Positions 45,662-56,000 of a stretch of DNA of 64,000 nt are shown one piece after another. The notes under the pieces are model-generated. The model was not told the origin of the DNA, searched no databases, and saw only the letters and a program-made list of their open reading frames with translations. Position numbers and translations under genes: made by a program. The stretch's first letter is position 1; each line of letters starts with the position of its first letter. The stretch lies in NCBI GenBank assembly GCA_000724175.1, contig JPGV01000010.1, forward strand, positions 61,199 to 125,198, in the 5' to 3' direction. The DNA comes from [Candidatus Thermochlorobacteriaceae] bacterium GBChlB. Lineage in GTDB: Bacteria > Bacteroidota > Chlorobiia > Chlorobiales > Thermochlorobacteraceae.

Positions 45662-46765
45662 TTATTTAACCAACAACATCTTTTTGGTTTCTAAAAAACT
45701 GCCCGCCTGCAAGCGGTAAAAATAAACGCCGCTTGGGAGCGCATAAGCGCTTGACGAGAACTGCACGCGATAGTCGCCCGCTTGCTGCCGCGTATTGACG
45801 AGCGTGGCGACTTCTCGACCAAGTGTATCGTAAATCGTGAGCCGCACGTCGCTTGCGATTGGCAGTTTGTAGGCGATGGTCGTTGACGGATTGAATGGGT
45901 TGGGATAGTTTTGCTCCAAGCAAAATGTCTGCGGCGTTGGAGCGTCCAGACGCTCGACGCTGAGCAGTTGTCCGGCTTGGTCAGGCAGCGTTAATCCCAA
46001 GAGCATGATACCATCTCGAAAAAAGATATTTTCGGGGACGAACTGCGCGTTGTTCGCCGCCCATGTATGCGAGGCGCGCTCCCATCGGTCAGGATTAAAG
46101 CCATCAAAATTTTCCGTCCAGCGTAGTGTAAAGCTGCTGTCTGTTCCCGCAGTGCCACGTCCGGGCGTGAAGTCATAGTAACGCACGTAGTCATATCGCG
46201 GATAGACGGGCAAGATGCGCGCGTCGAACACGCCTGTCCAATCAGTGTATATCGGCTGCCAAATGTTCATCATTATTTTTTGTGGGCGCGTGAGCGTTTG
46301 AATATGTCGCTCGGTTTGCCGATAGACCTCGCGCCCATCGATAAACCACGCCACATACCACGGCGTCCATTCAAAGGCATAATCGTGAAACGCTTGATGC
46401 GGATTGAAGTCCACCACATGGCGCTTCACGTGGCTGACTTCATTTGCCGTGATGACATTGAACTGCACTTCGTTGTTGTAGCGCCCAAGAATTTCAATAT
46501 CGATTTCGTTCCATTGGTCTCGGCTCCCAGTAAAGTCGTGATAGGTAAAGAACGTGCTGAGCGTGCCGCTTCCGGGAACGGAGCGCAGTCGAACCTCGAA
46601 GCGTCCGTAGATGAAGGCGTCTTTGGTGCGATACTCTGCGCCGCGAAATGGCTTTCCCGCCATTGATTGTCCGAGATACAGCGGTAGTTTCAAGGTTGGA
46701 ACTTGCGCCATCGCTGTCGAGACGGCAAGCGCGATAAACGCAGCATATAAAGGTAGGCGCGTCAT
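45662..46765 (-). CDS. GH16 beta-glucanase (lichenase-like) with T9SS-type C-terminal domain
   Basis: YGRFEVR, WNEIDIEILG catalytic motif, FHDYAFEWTP; tail LEQNYPNPFNPSTTI...SGVYFYRLQAG; start taken at 46765. Confidence 0.9.
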   Translation of the reverse strand: MTRLPLYAAFIALAVSTAMAQVPTLKLPLYLGQSMAGKPFRGAEYRTKDAFIYGRFEVRLRSVPGSGTLSTFFTYHDFTGSRDQWNEIDIEILGRYNNEVQFNVITANEVSHVKRHVVDFNPHQAFHDYAFEWTPWYVAWFIDGREVYRQTERHIQTLTRPQKIMMNIWQPIYTDWTGVFDARILPVYPRYDYVRYYDFTPGRGTAGTDSSFTLRWTENFDGFNPDRWERASHTWAANNAQFVPENIFFRDGIMLLGLTLPDQAGQLLSVERLDAPTPQTFCLEQNYPNPFNPSTTIAYKLPIASDVRLTIYDTLGREVATLVNTRQQAGDYRVQFSSSAYALPSGVYFYRLQAGSFLETKKMLLVK

Positions 46766-46769
46766 GATG

Positions 46770-48053
46770 TTATTTATGCGTTGAGCCGATGAATCCGTAG
46801 TAAGCGATATAGGCATAGCACAGCGCTGGTAAGAGGAACGCCGCTTGCAGTCCGAGCGAATCGGCAAGCGCACCAGTTGCCACTGGAATCAGTGCGCCGC
46901 CAACGATTGCCATAATCAAGATGCTCGACCCCGCGTTGGTGAGTTTTCCGAGTCCATCAATGCCAAGCGTGAAAATCGTCGGAAACATAATCGAGTTAAA
47001 AAGTCCGACGGACAAGATGAACCACATTGCAGCTGCGCCAGAGGCAAACATTGAGAGCGCAACAAGTGCGGCAGCAACCAGCGCACAGATGCCGAGCAAT
47101 GTGCCTGCTTTGATGCGCGTGAGCAACGCCGAGCCGATAAACCGACCCACCATTGCGCCGCCCCAGTAGTATGAGACGAACTTCGCCGCGTCAGCTTCTT
47201 TCAAGCCTTGAATTTGTGACAAGCCCAGAAAATTCACCAGAAAACTGCCGATAGAGACCTCCGCGCCGACATAAAGAAAAATTCCAACCGCGCCAAGCGC
47301 TAATTGTTTTTGCGAGAGCGCCTCACCGAAGGCGCTTTCTTTTTCTTCGTCGCCCTCAACAGTTGCAATCGCTGGAAGGTTAAACAACGCAATCGCGCCC
47401 GCCAGCGCAAAGAGCGCGAGTGCCAAGCCAATGTATGGCAGTTGCACCGCCGCCGCTTCGGAAAGTTTATATGCCTGCACTGCTTCGGCAGACATCGCGC
47501 GCAGGTCTTCGGCAGTTTTAATTGAGCCGCTCAAAATGAGCAGTCCTCCAAACGCGGGCGCGAGCGTTGTGCCAAGCGAATTAAATGCCTGCGCTAAGTT
47601 CAATCGGCTCGAGGCGGTGTCGGGTTTTCCCAAAACAGCAACGTAAGGATTTGCAGCAACTTGCAAGAGCGTGATGCCCGATGCCAGCACAAATAACGCC
47701 GTTAGGAAAAACGGATACGATAACAGCGCTGCCGCTGGATAGAAGAGCAACGCGCCCGCGCCCGCCGCGCCAAGCCCAATGACAATACCGCGCTTGTAGC
47801 CGACTTTGGCGATGATTTTGCCTGATGGCAGCGACATAATGAAGTAGGCTGAAAAAAATGTGAACTGAATTAGCGCGGCTTGCACATAGTTCAGCTCAAA
47901 GACAGCTTTGAGATGCGGAATGAGAATGTCGTTGAGGCAGGTCAGAAATCCCCACATGAAAAACAGCGTCGTTACGGTGATGAACGCGGGCGTGTAGTTC
48001 ACATCGGCCTCGACGGTCGCCGCCGAACTTGAAGCGTTAGGTTGCATTGCCAT
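46770..48053 (-). CDS. MFS sugar:H+ symporter (FucP/GluP family)
   Basis: LFFMWGF...LNDILIPHLK, LQVAANPYV, RLNLAQAFNSLG, FLYVGAEV, NSIMFPTIF. Confidence 0.93.
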   Translation of the reverse strand: MAMQPNASSSAATVEADVNYTPAFITVTTLFFMWGFLTCLNDILIPHLKAVFELNYVQAALIQFTFFSAYFIMSLPSGKIIAKVGYKRGIVIGLGAAGAGALLFYPAAALLSYPFFLTALFVLASGITLLQVAANPYVAVLGKPDTASSRLNLAQAFNSLGTTLAPAFGGLLILSGSIKTAEDLRAMSAEAVQAYKLSEAAAVQLPYIGLALALFALAGAIALFNLPAIATVEGDEEKESAFGEALSQKQLALGAVGIFLYVGAEVSIGSFLVNFLGLSQIQGLKEADAAKFVSYYWGGAMVGRFIGSALLTRIKAGTLLGICALVAAALVALSMFASGAAAMWFILSVGLFNSIMFPTIFTLGIDGLGKLTNAGSSILIMAIVGGALIPVATGALADSLGLQAAFLLPALCYAYIAYYGFIGSTHK

Positions 48054-48185
48054 ACTTGATGAGTTGAAATTCACAGAGTTATTCTTGATGCGCCTGCTGG
48101 CGGCGACATCGACCAATCTTATTTGTCTGTACCCACTATGCCTGCAAGCCTTGTCCATTCGAGCCTTTGCGGACGATTGCGCGGC

Positions 48186-49187
48186 TTAAAACAGCAACGA
48201 CAGCGATAACCATTGCGGTGGATTGAGCCTGCCGAATGTCTGGAACGTGTAATCGAATCTGAAATTGAATCCTGCAAATCCATACTTGACGCCGACGCCA
48301 AAGGCTAATCCCATTTCCGACTGTGAGAGAAACAGCGTGTTATATCCTGCCCGCGCAAAGAGCAAGTCGCGCCATGCGTATTCCGCGCCGAGATTGAGAT
48401 ACGAATTGTTGTCGTTGGGCGCGACGCCGTCGAGCGCAATCACAAGCAAGTGGTCTTTTTCTTGAACAACTTGCAGCGCGACGCCGATTTTAAAGACAAG
48501 CGGCAAATTGAAATTGTCGGTCGCAAGCCGCGCTGGTATGCCGTTGTTTTCGCCTGCCGCGCCTGTGCCAGTCGAGCTATTCACCAGCAGCGCATCGCCC
48601 GTGATGTTCATTTGTGTGCCGAAGTTATACATCGTTGCGCCGATGCGCAGAAAGTCCGTTACATCATAGAGCACGCCCAAGTCGAGGGCAACGCCTGCGG
48701 CAGTCGTCGTCCAAATGGATTGGCTGATGAACTTTATGCTACCGCCGACCGAAAAGCGCTCAGTCAGCGAGGCCGCATAGCTGAGTTGAATCGAGACATC
48801 GTTGGCAGAGAACACGTCGCCTGTGCCGTCGGGTTGTCGCTCAGTGGTGCGTTCAATATCGCCTGATGAGAGGAGCGTGGCCGCCGCGCCGAAGGTGCCG
48901 ACATTCGGGATGTTGTATGTCAATCCTGCCCAACTGAGCGTTGTGCCGACGAGCCAGCGCGAATGCACTGCACCCAATTGCACGCCTTTGTTTCGCGCAA
49001 TGCCAGCAGTGTTCCAATAGAGCGAGGCTATATCGGGCGCAGTTGCCACTTGCGCGCTGCCCATGGCAATCGCTCTTGCGCCAATGCCGATGCCTAAAAA
49101 TTGCGCCGCTGTCGTAGCCACGCGCGATTGCGCCGATAGGCTTGCAGGCAAGAGAGCCATCATGGCTACAACTAAAAAAATTCTCAT
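48186..49187 (-). CDS. PorV/PorQ-family (FadL-like) outer-membrane beta-barrel
   Basis: TTAAQFL.IG.GARA.AMG.A..A...D..S.YWN.AG plug motif, alternating beta strands, terminal Phe; start 49187 or 49211. Confidence 0.82.
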   Translation of the reverse strand: MRIFLVVAMMALLPASLSAQSRVATTAAQFLGIGIGARAIAMGSAQVATAPDIASLYWNTAGIARNKGVQLGAVHSRWLVGTTLSWAGLTYNIPNVGTFGAAATLLSSGDIERTTERQPDGTGDVFSANDVSIQLSYAASLTERFSVGGSIKFISQSIWTTTAAGVALDLGVLYDVTDFLRIGATMYNFGTQMNITGDALLVNSSTGTGAAGENNGIPARLATDNFNLPLVFKIGVALQVVQEKDHLLVIALDGVAPNDNNSYLNLGAEYAWRDLLFARAGYNTLFLSQSEMGLAFGVGVKYGFAGFNFRFDYTFQTFGRLNPPQWLSLSLLF

Positions 49188-49217
49188 GGTTGAACGAGTC
49201 AGTGTTTCCAAAGGCGC

Positions 49218-52200
49218 TTACTTAATGAGCGCGAACTTTCCGGTTTTTGTGCCGACGCCCGGCGCGTCGAGATGATACAGGTAGAGTCCAAACGCGGCAT
49301 CTAAGCCGTCGCGCGTGCGCAAGTTCCAACGCACGGTGCCTTCAAGGCTGCCGTTTTGACGCAACTCAGTAACGAAATCGCCGCGCACCGTGTATATGCG
49401 AATCACCGCATTTTGCGGCACATTCGTAAACGTGATGGCTCTTTCACCGCGTCCGGTCTGCACGCCTGTTGGCAGTGCGCCTTCAAATAAACTGCGAGCG
49501 ACATAGGGGTTCGGCACGACTTTCACGCGGTCTAAGTTACTTTTCGCTGCATCGTTGCTGACGCCGACGGCGCGCGCGCGCAATCGAAACTGGTCGCCAC
49601 CTGCAAATGGCTTCACCAAACGCACAATGTATTTATCGCCAATGCGCGGCCGAACCGGCGTCGGGGAGCGCGTCGGAATAAAATTGATTACCCAACTGTA
49701 AAGCGTGTCGGTGCCATCGGCGAGCGGTGTTGGCGAGAACGGCAGAGCGATTTGCACAAGGGTTGTATCGAGGCGCGTGTTTTGCGAATTGACGGGAAAG
49801 AAAAACCGCGCTGGCTGTCCCGTCGTCAAGTTTCGCACGACAAAGTTGCACGGCTGGGCAGGGATATTTCGTATTGCATCGCCGCGCCGAAAGTTAATTG
49901 CGTTGCTCGACGCATTGGCGACAATCTCAATTTCAAAATCATTTGCCTGTGCAACAGTATCATACACGGCCGCCGCCGTCTCAAATGTGCCGGGACCTAC
50001 TTGCGTTACATTCACCGTGTAAGTATTCGGTGTCGGCGTCGCTGCATTTCGTTGCCAGCCCGACCGCGCCGCGTCGAAGCGAATGTTGATGTCATTGTCA
50101 ATCGAGAGCAGTATGCCGTTGAAAATTTGGTCGTCGGCAATGTAGGTCGTTGTGTTGCGCCGGTAAGAGCGTTGGTCAGAGAGCGGCAATGTGCTTTGGC
50201 GAATGATTGTATCTGGACGCGCTGCGTTGGTTACATCAATGACACGAAACGATGTTGTGATTTTTGAGAGTTCTCTGCCGTCGCGTTCATCAATGCGTCC
50301 GTCCCGATTGTTATCAATGCCATCGTTAGATGTGTCGAGAAACTCCACCATGTAATCGCGGTCGCGCACCTCATCTGGATTGAGCGTCGTGAAGCGCACG
50401 CGCCCATCACCCACCGGCGGTCGACCGTCTCGAATGACTGGCTCGAGGTCGCCACTGTTGCCCGTTGGATTCTCAAAGCCGCCGACTTTCGCGCCGGGCG
50501 TAACGACAACCACATTTTGACCCAAGAGAAAGTTCCCGCGTCCGTCGGGACGTGCGCTGACCGGATTTTCCGACGGATAAAGCCCAAGCGCGGTATCGCC
50601 TCGATTGTAGGCAACAACAGCGTAAAAATATGTCTTGCCGTTGACGACGTTGGAATCGGTGAAGGTGCGCGAGAGCCCTGTGTTGTTCCCCAAGAAATAC
50701 GCGATGCCTCTGGACTGCTCCAAGAGCGCGCGCGAACTGAGCGGAAAGTTTCCTCTGATGTCGTTGTCCAAGTCGAACTGCGCGATAGGGCGCAGTTGCT
50801 GGGCTGGTTGCCCGCGCGAATCGGTGATGACAAGCGCGTCGGAAAAGTTCGCGTCGGTGGCTTTATAGATTTTATACCCCTCGAAGTTGCGCACGCGCGG
50901 GTCGCTGGTGCTTTGCGGCAAGTCGAGACGCCGCCGAATAAACTCGTCGCGGTAATTTTCCGAAGCGTTGTCCCAATAGAGCGTTACGCGATCTTTGTCG
51001 GTGTAAGCACGCACGCGCGGCACCGGCTGCGGCGGACGCGCAAAGTTGTAATTCGCGTCGTAAATCGCCTGCACGATGTCGCGGTTGCTTAGGATATTCA
51101 ACTCGTCCGTGCCATAGACTTGGGCGATGGAGAAGCGTTCCGTCTGTCCGGCGCCGAGCGGAAAATATCCCGCACCATACATATAGTCGCCGTCGAGGAT
51201 ATTGGCCGGAATCAAGTCGAAGCGTCCGGGGCGCGTCGAGCGCACCATCTCTGGAATGTTGCCCAAATCAAAATCGTTGTTTGTGCCGAAAGCAAAACTC
51301 GTCAGCCCGATTTGGTCGGCTTCGTTCACATCGCGCGCATCGAGAAACAGCCCACTCGCATCGTCGTTGCCGTTGTTGTCGAAGGCGTCATCGCGCCGCT
51401 CATCAATCATTGGGTAGAGCGTTTGGTTGATGACAATTGGGTCTAAAATGCCTGACCCTGCCGGCAAGCCGGTCGGATTATCTCGACCAAGCTGAATGTA
51501 GTCGATGTAGTGAAGCGGAGGCAAACTTCGCGCCTCTGAGCGCTGTGTTACCAAATCAAACTCCGTAACGCGGCGGTCGACGTGCAGTTCATAATTTTCA
51601 TCAATGATGCCATTGAGATTATCGTCGAACGTGTTGTTCGGCACTTCGGTCAGTGTTCGATTTGGTCCGACAGTGTAGCGTCTGCCAAGCGAGACGACAA
51701 CGGTGTCGCGGGTCGGCACAGTGAGGTATCGACGGGTATAGACGGTGATGTCGCTATTGTAAAACGGCACTGTGCGGCGCGCGCGTTCAATGACAATAAT
51801 CGGGTCGCCAGCGCGCAGCACCCGTCGGAAGAAAAAGTCGTCGCGTCCAGTTTCGGCGTTGGGCGTGCGTGTGGCAGGGTCATAGTCGTAAGGCCCGGTT
51901 CCGCCGTTGATGTTGAATTGCGGCGGCGTGGCAGTCGTGTTGCGTCCGACGCTTCGAAAATCGCCGTCATTGTCAATGCCGTCGAAGGGATTGCCCGGGC
52001 TCTCCAAGAACGCCAAACCAAGCAAGCCGGGCGGAAACCGTGTGTCCCAATTGCCAGCCACATTGCTCGGCGAAGTCGCGCGGCTGTATGTAATCGATCG
52101 GCTTTGGTCGAAGAATGAGATGCCGCCTGCAGCCGGCGTGCCGCCGATGTTCGTGCCGACAATGGAGCCGAAAAATACTTTATCGTAATCGAACCGCGAG

Positions 52201-53066
52201 TCGTTCTTGATGTCGTAAATCCAAAAGATGTTGTCTTGCGCTAAAAAGTTCGAGAACTGCAAGCCGCGCACCGATACCACCAAGCCTGCGCCGTAGCGCC
52301 GCGTGTCGTTGGGATACGGCAGAAATCCGTAGGCATCGAACCACTGCCTATCCGTGCCGTCGGTCGTTACAAAGTAACTCTCTTGGTCAGCGTTGGTGAT
52401 TCCTCTGCCGAAGTAGCCGTTCCATTCGGAGCGTCCGGTGTTCGGGTCAATCCATGTGGGCTGGTCGGGCCAACGGTCGGGCCATGTTTCGGGCAAATGG
52501 CTCATCGCAATGCGGTCTTGCCGAATGTTGAAGAAGCCTGAAAAGGGTGTTAGTCCGTAGAATGTGCCGCCCGGATTTTTTTCGGTGCGGCGGAATCGCA
52601 CGCTCGGATTGCCCGTAACGAACCAAGACGTATCCGAGACGGCCACGCCGCGCTCATTGCCAATCACAATGTTTGAATCGACAATCGCGTTGGGCGGAAT
52701 CCGCACACCGACTCTGCCGTCGCGCAGCCGTCTGCCCGTTCGGCGTGTTGGGTCGGCGGCGGTGAAGAGAATCGTGTCTTGAAAGACGCGCTCAATGCCG
52801 ATGACGACGTTCAGGTCGCCGATATAGGTATTGTTTTCAACGGGCCACGCGCCGTTGGGAAACGAGCCTTCGCCGCCCGTTACACGCCCTTGATTGAAGA
52901 ATGTGGTCTTAACGCGATTGCCGTTGTGAATGTTGCTGCGCTGAAATTGCAAGCCGTATGGCAAATCGAGCGGAAGAGTAACACCCTGCGCAACGAGCGC
53001 GGGCGCAACCAGCGCGAGACAGATACAGACAAACGCAATGCGGTTCATTGCCAATGACATTTTCAT
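49218..53066 (-). CDS. 1282-aa secreted hypothetical protein with DxDxDG-like repeats, FN3-like domain and C-terminal sorting-like domain
   Basis: SPI signal (LVA|Q) and no clear lipobox. DGIDNDGD / DDNLNGIIDE / DGIDNNRDGRIDE motifs; VTLYWD..FEGYKIY..FTDSNVVNGKTYFYAVVAY; tail VKVVPNPY...IRIYT..G...WNL......GLYLY...GKFALIK. Confidence 0.8.
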   Translation of the reverse strand: MKMSLAMNRIAFVCICLALVAPALVAQGVTLPLDLPYGLQFQRSNIHNGNRVKTTFFNQGRVTGGEGSFPNGAWPVENNTYIGDLNVVIGIERVFQDTILFTAADPTRRTGRRLRDGRVGVRIPPNAIVDSNIVIGNERGVAVSDTSWFVTGNPSVRFRRTEKNPGGTFYGLTPFSGFFNIRQDRIAMSHLPETWPDRWPDQPTWIDPNTGRSEWNGYFGRGITNADQESYFVTTDGTDRQWFDAYGFLPYPNDTRRYGAGLVVSVRGLQFSNFLAQDNIFWIYDIKNDSRFDYDKVFFGSIVGTNIGGTPAAGGISFFDQSRSITYSRATSPSNVAGNWDTRFPPGLLGLAFLESPGNPFDGIDNDGDFRSVGRNTTATPPQFNINGGTGPYDYDPATRTPNAETGRDDFFFRRVLRAGDPIIVIERARRTVPFYNSDITVYTRRYLTVPTRDTVVVSLGRRYTVGPNRTLTEVPNNTFDDNLNGIIDENYELHVDRRVTEFDLVTQRSEARSLPPLHYIDYIQLGRDNPTGLPAGSGILDPIVINQTLYPMIDERRDDAFDNNGNDDASGLFLDARDVNEADQIGLTSFAFGTNNDFDLGNIPEMVRSTRPGRFDLIPANILDGDYMYGAGYFPLGAGQTERFSIAQVYGTDELNILSNRDIVQAIYDANYNFARPPQPVPRVRAYTDKDRVTLYWDNASENYRDEFIRRRLDLPQSTSDPRVRNFEGYKIYKATDANFSDALVITDSRGQPAQQLRPIAQFDLDNDIRGNFPLSSRALLEQSRGIAYFLGNNTGLSRTFTDSNVVNGKTYFYAVVAYNRGDTALGLYPSENPVSARPDGRGNFLLGQNVVVVTPGAKVGGFENPTGNSGDLEPVIRDGRPPVGDGRVRFTTLNPDEVRDRDYMVEFLDTSNDGIDNNRDGRIDERDGRELSKITTSFRVIDVTNAARPDTIIRQSTLPLSDQRSYRRNTTTYIADDQIFNGILLSIDNDINIRFDAARSGWQRNAATPTPNTYTVNVTQVGPGTFETAAAVYDTVAQANDFEIEIVANASSNAINFRRGDAIRNIPAQPCNFVVRNLTTGQPARFFFPVNSQNTRLDTTLVQIALPFSPTPLADGTDTLYSWVINFIPTRSPTPVRPRIGDKYIVRLVKPFAGGDQFRLRARAVGVSNDAAKSNLDRVKVVPNPYVARSLFEGALPTGVQTGRGERAITFTNVPQNAVIRIYTVRGDFVTELRQNGSLEGTVRWNLRTRDGLDAAFGLYLYHLDAPGVGTKTGKFALIK

Positions 53067-53067
53067 A

Positions 53068-56000
53068 TTAAAAGTTGATGGTCATGCCGAGCGAGAGCCG
53101 ACGCGGCTCGGAAAAGCGCGCAGGCTGCACGAAAAATTCCTCGACGGTGTTCAGCGTGTTAAATTGATTATTTTGAACGGGCAGTAAAATGTTGCTCGAC
53201 GCGCGCCCGGTGCGCCCAAAGACACCCGTCTCGTTGCCTGCATCGAGCAGGTTAAACGCCTGTGCAAAGAGTCCAACAGAAAGCCCCTCAATTTTGAAAC
53301 TCTTTGTCGCCCTCACATCGACCGTGAACGTGGGCGGCGTTACGCCAGCGTTGTTGATGAGCCTTGCTACGCCGCCCGTTGGCGCGGGAATTAGCTCTGG
53401 TGTGTAGGGAAATCCCGACCCGTAGCGCGCAATCAGGCCAATGTTCCAGTCGTCGCTCACATAATTCGCCGTTATGTTGAGCGTATGTCGTTGGTCCCAA
53501 GCAAGCGGCAGGAGCTGTGTTTCAATTTCAGCGCCGCCACGTCGCTGTGCTGCTGCCGCCCGTGCGTCCGACGCATTGCCCTGCGCCAGCTGAAGCGTGT
53601 AATCGACACCGAAGTTCAGGCTGTTTGATACCTGCTGTGTTATCGAGAGCGTAATGCCGCGCACAAAGCCGTAATCGAAATTGTCGAAGATGAAATACTG
53701 CGCGCCGTTGACGAGGTCGCGGATAAACGCCGAACTGGCAAGGTCTCGAATGTCGCGGAAATACGCCGAGAGATTGACCGCAATGGTCTCGCCAATTTGT
53801 TGCTGTAAGCCGAGTTCGCCGCTCGTCGTGCGCTGCGGCCGAATGTCTGGGTTTCCAAATGGCCCGATAAAGCCGCCTGCGCCCGCTTGTTCGCCGTATT
53901 TGTAGCGCGAGTTCTCGTAAATCAACGCGAAGGCGGGCATCTGGAAAAACTGTCCAAACGAAAAATAGAACAAGCCGCGCTCTGTTACTGGGAACGATAC
54001 GCCGAGTCGCGGGCTGATGGCGAACTTCGGCGTCGCTGGCTTTAGGCGCTCAGTCGTGCCGTTACGCTCAGCGAAAATACTGTCGGGCAGCAGCTTGATG
54101 AACTCGCTGGGGTCGCTGGGGTCACGCGGGACGCCCGTTTGCGGATTGAAGTAATCGAACCGCACGCCGATGTTGATGATGAGGCTGCCGAATTCAATTT
54201 TGTCTTGCACATAGGCGGCAAGCTCAATAGGCGTGCGCGTGTAGAGGTCGCCGCCATCAAGTTCGGTAATCGGGTCGGCAATTTCCGGCTGAAAGCCGTC
54301 GGCGAAGTTCGGCGCGCCGTTCTCGAATCGGTCGCGCACGCGCAAGTCGCTGTAATCCAGCCGGTGAACCTTCACATCAATGCCGCCTTTGAGCAAATGC
54401 ACATCGCCGATTTGATTCGTCAGGTCGGCTCGAAAATGGTTCGTTACCGTGCGCCGGTCGAAGCGTTCGTTTTTCGTGCCACCTGCGACAAAAAAATCGC
54501 CCTGTCCAATGCTGCCCGCAAGGCCCGGAAATTGGTAGCGCGGGTCGAGCGGATTTTCAAACACGTAGTTTTGCGAGCGCGTGTTGAAGTTCGAATATGT
54601 CGCTTCTAAAAACGCCGAACTGCTGAACGTGTAGGTCGCTTTCACAATATGATTGAGCGTGTTGCGGAAAAACGTCATATCGCCGTCGGGGTTGCGCGAC
54701 CATACATGGTCAAACGAGCGGAATGTTTCGCTCTCGTAATTAAGGCTGTAGGCGACTTTCAGGTAGTCCGTCGGCTTGTAAGCCAGTTTGCCTTGAAACG
54801 ACCCACGCGCATACGGATTGAGCGGCACGACGCGGTTATCGCCAGAGCCTAAGTTGCGGTAGTTATCAAACAGCGCAAGATTTGTCGGCGTTGGATTATA
54901 CGGCACCGCAACGGTTGTTCCGTTTTGACGGTCAATGATTACTCTGCCTTGTTCGTCTAACGATAGCGGCGGCGACGGCGGCAATCCCGGAAAGGTAATC
55001 GTGCCGAAGCCTCTATCGCCGACCGCAAAGCGTCCGCGAATCGCTGCAAACGGCGTTTGCAACAAACTGTATGGATTGTTCTGCACATCGAAGACCGAAA
55101 TCACATCGTCGGGCAGATACTGCCTAACGCCGTAGAGATAGCCCTCGTTGGAAAAAAAGCGCCCTGCGGCATAGAACGTCAACTTGTTCTCCAGAAAGGG
55201 AACCGGACCGCTCACATTTGCCTGTGCATTTGGAATCGATATCGGATTTATCTGCGAGATGCCTCGATACAAATTCGTGCGCGTGGAGAGATAATCCCCG
55301 CCGTAAAGCGTTAGCTGTCCGGTGTATTTCTCGCCGCCGTCTTTGGTGATAATGTTGACGATGCCCGACATGGCTTGTCCGTATTCGGCGTTGAACGCGC
55401 CCGAAATGACCTGCACTTCTTGAATCGTTTGCGGGTCAATAAAATTCGAGCCGCCTGCTGCAAAGGTGCGTCCCTCGTTGCCGTCAAAGACATCAGTTAC
55501 GGAAATGCCGTCGACCAAATATGCCACCTCATTGCGCCGACCGCCTCTGAAGCTGCCACCAACAACGCCTGCCTGAATGCCAATCACTTGATTGATGTCC
55601 TCGACCGGCAAGGCTTGAATTTCCTCCGCGCCGACAATCGCCGCCGAGAATGTTTGGTCTTTGACAATCAACGGGCGCTCGGCTTTTACCACGATTTCAT
55701 CGGCGCGGATGTCCTCAGGCAAAAGGTCAAAATCAATGCGCTCGGTGTAGTCAGCTTTCACGCGCACATTGGTTACACTTTTGGGTTGGTATCCGATATA
55801 CGTCGCACGCGCTTTGTAGGTGCTGGGCGGCACATTCAGAATCACATAGTTTCCGTTGATGTCGGTCTTGGCACCCAGCGTCGTTCCCTCGAGCTTAACG
55901 CTTGCACCGATAAGCGGCTCTTTGGATTTGCTATCTCGAACCGTTCCAGCGATTTTACCCGTTGTGCCAAACGGAGCGTTAGGATTCTCGCTTGGACTCG

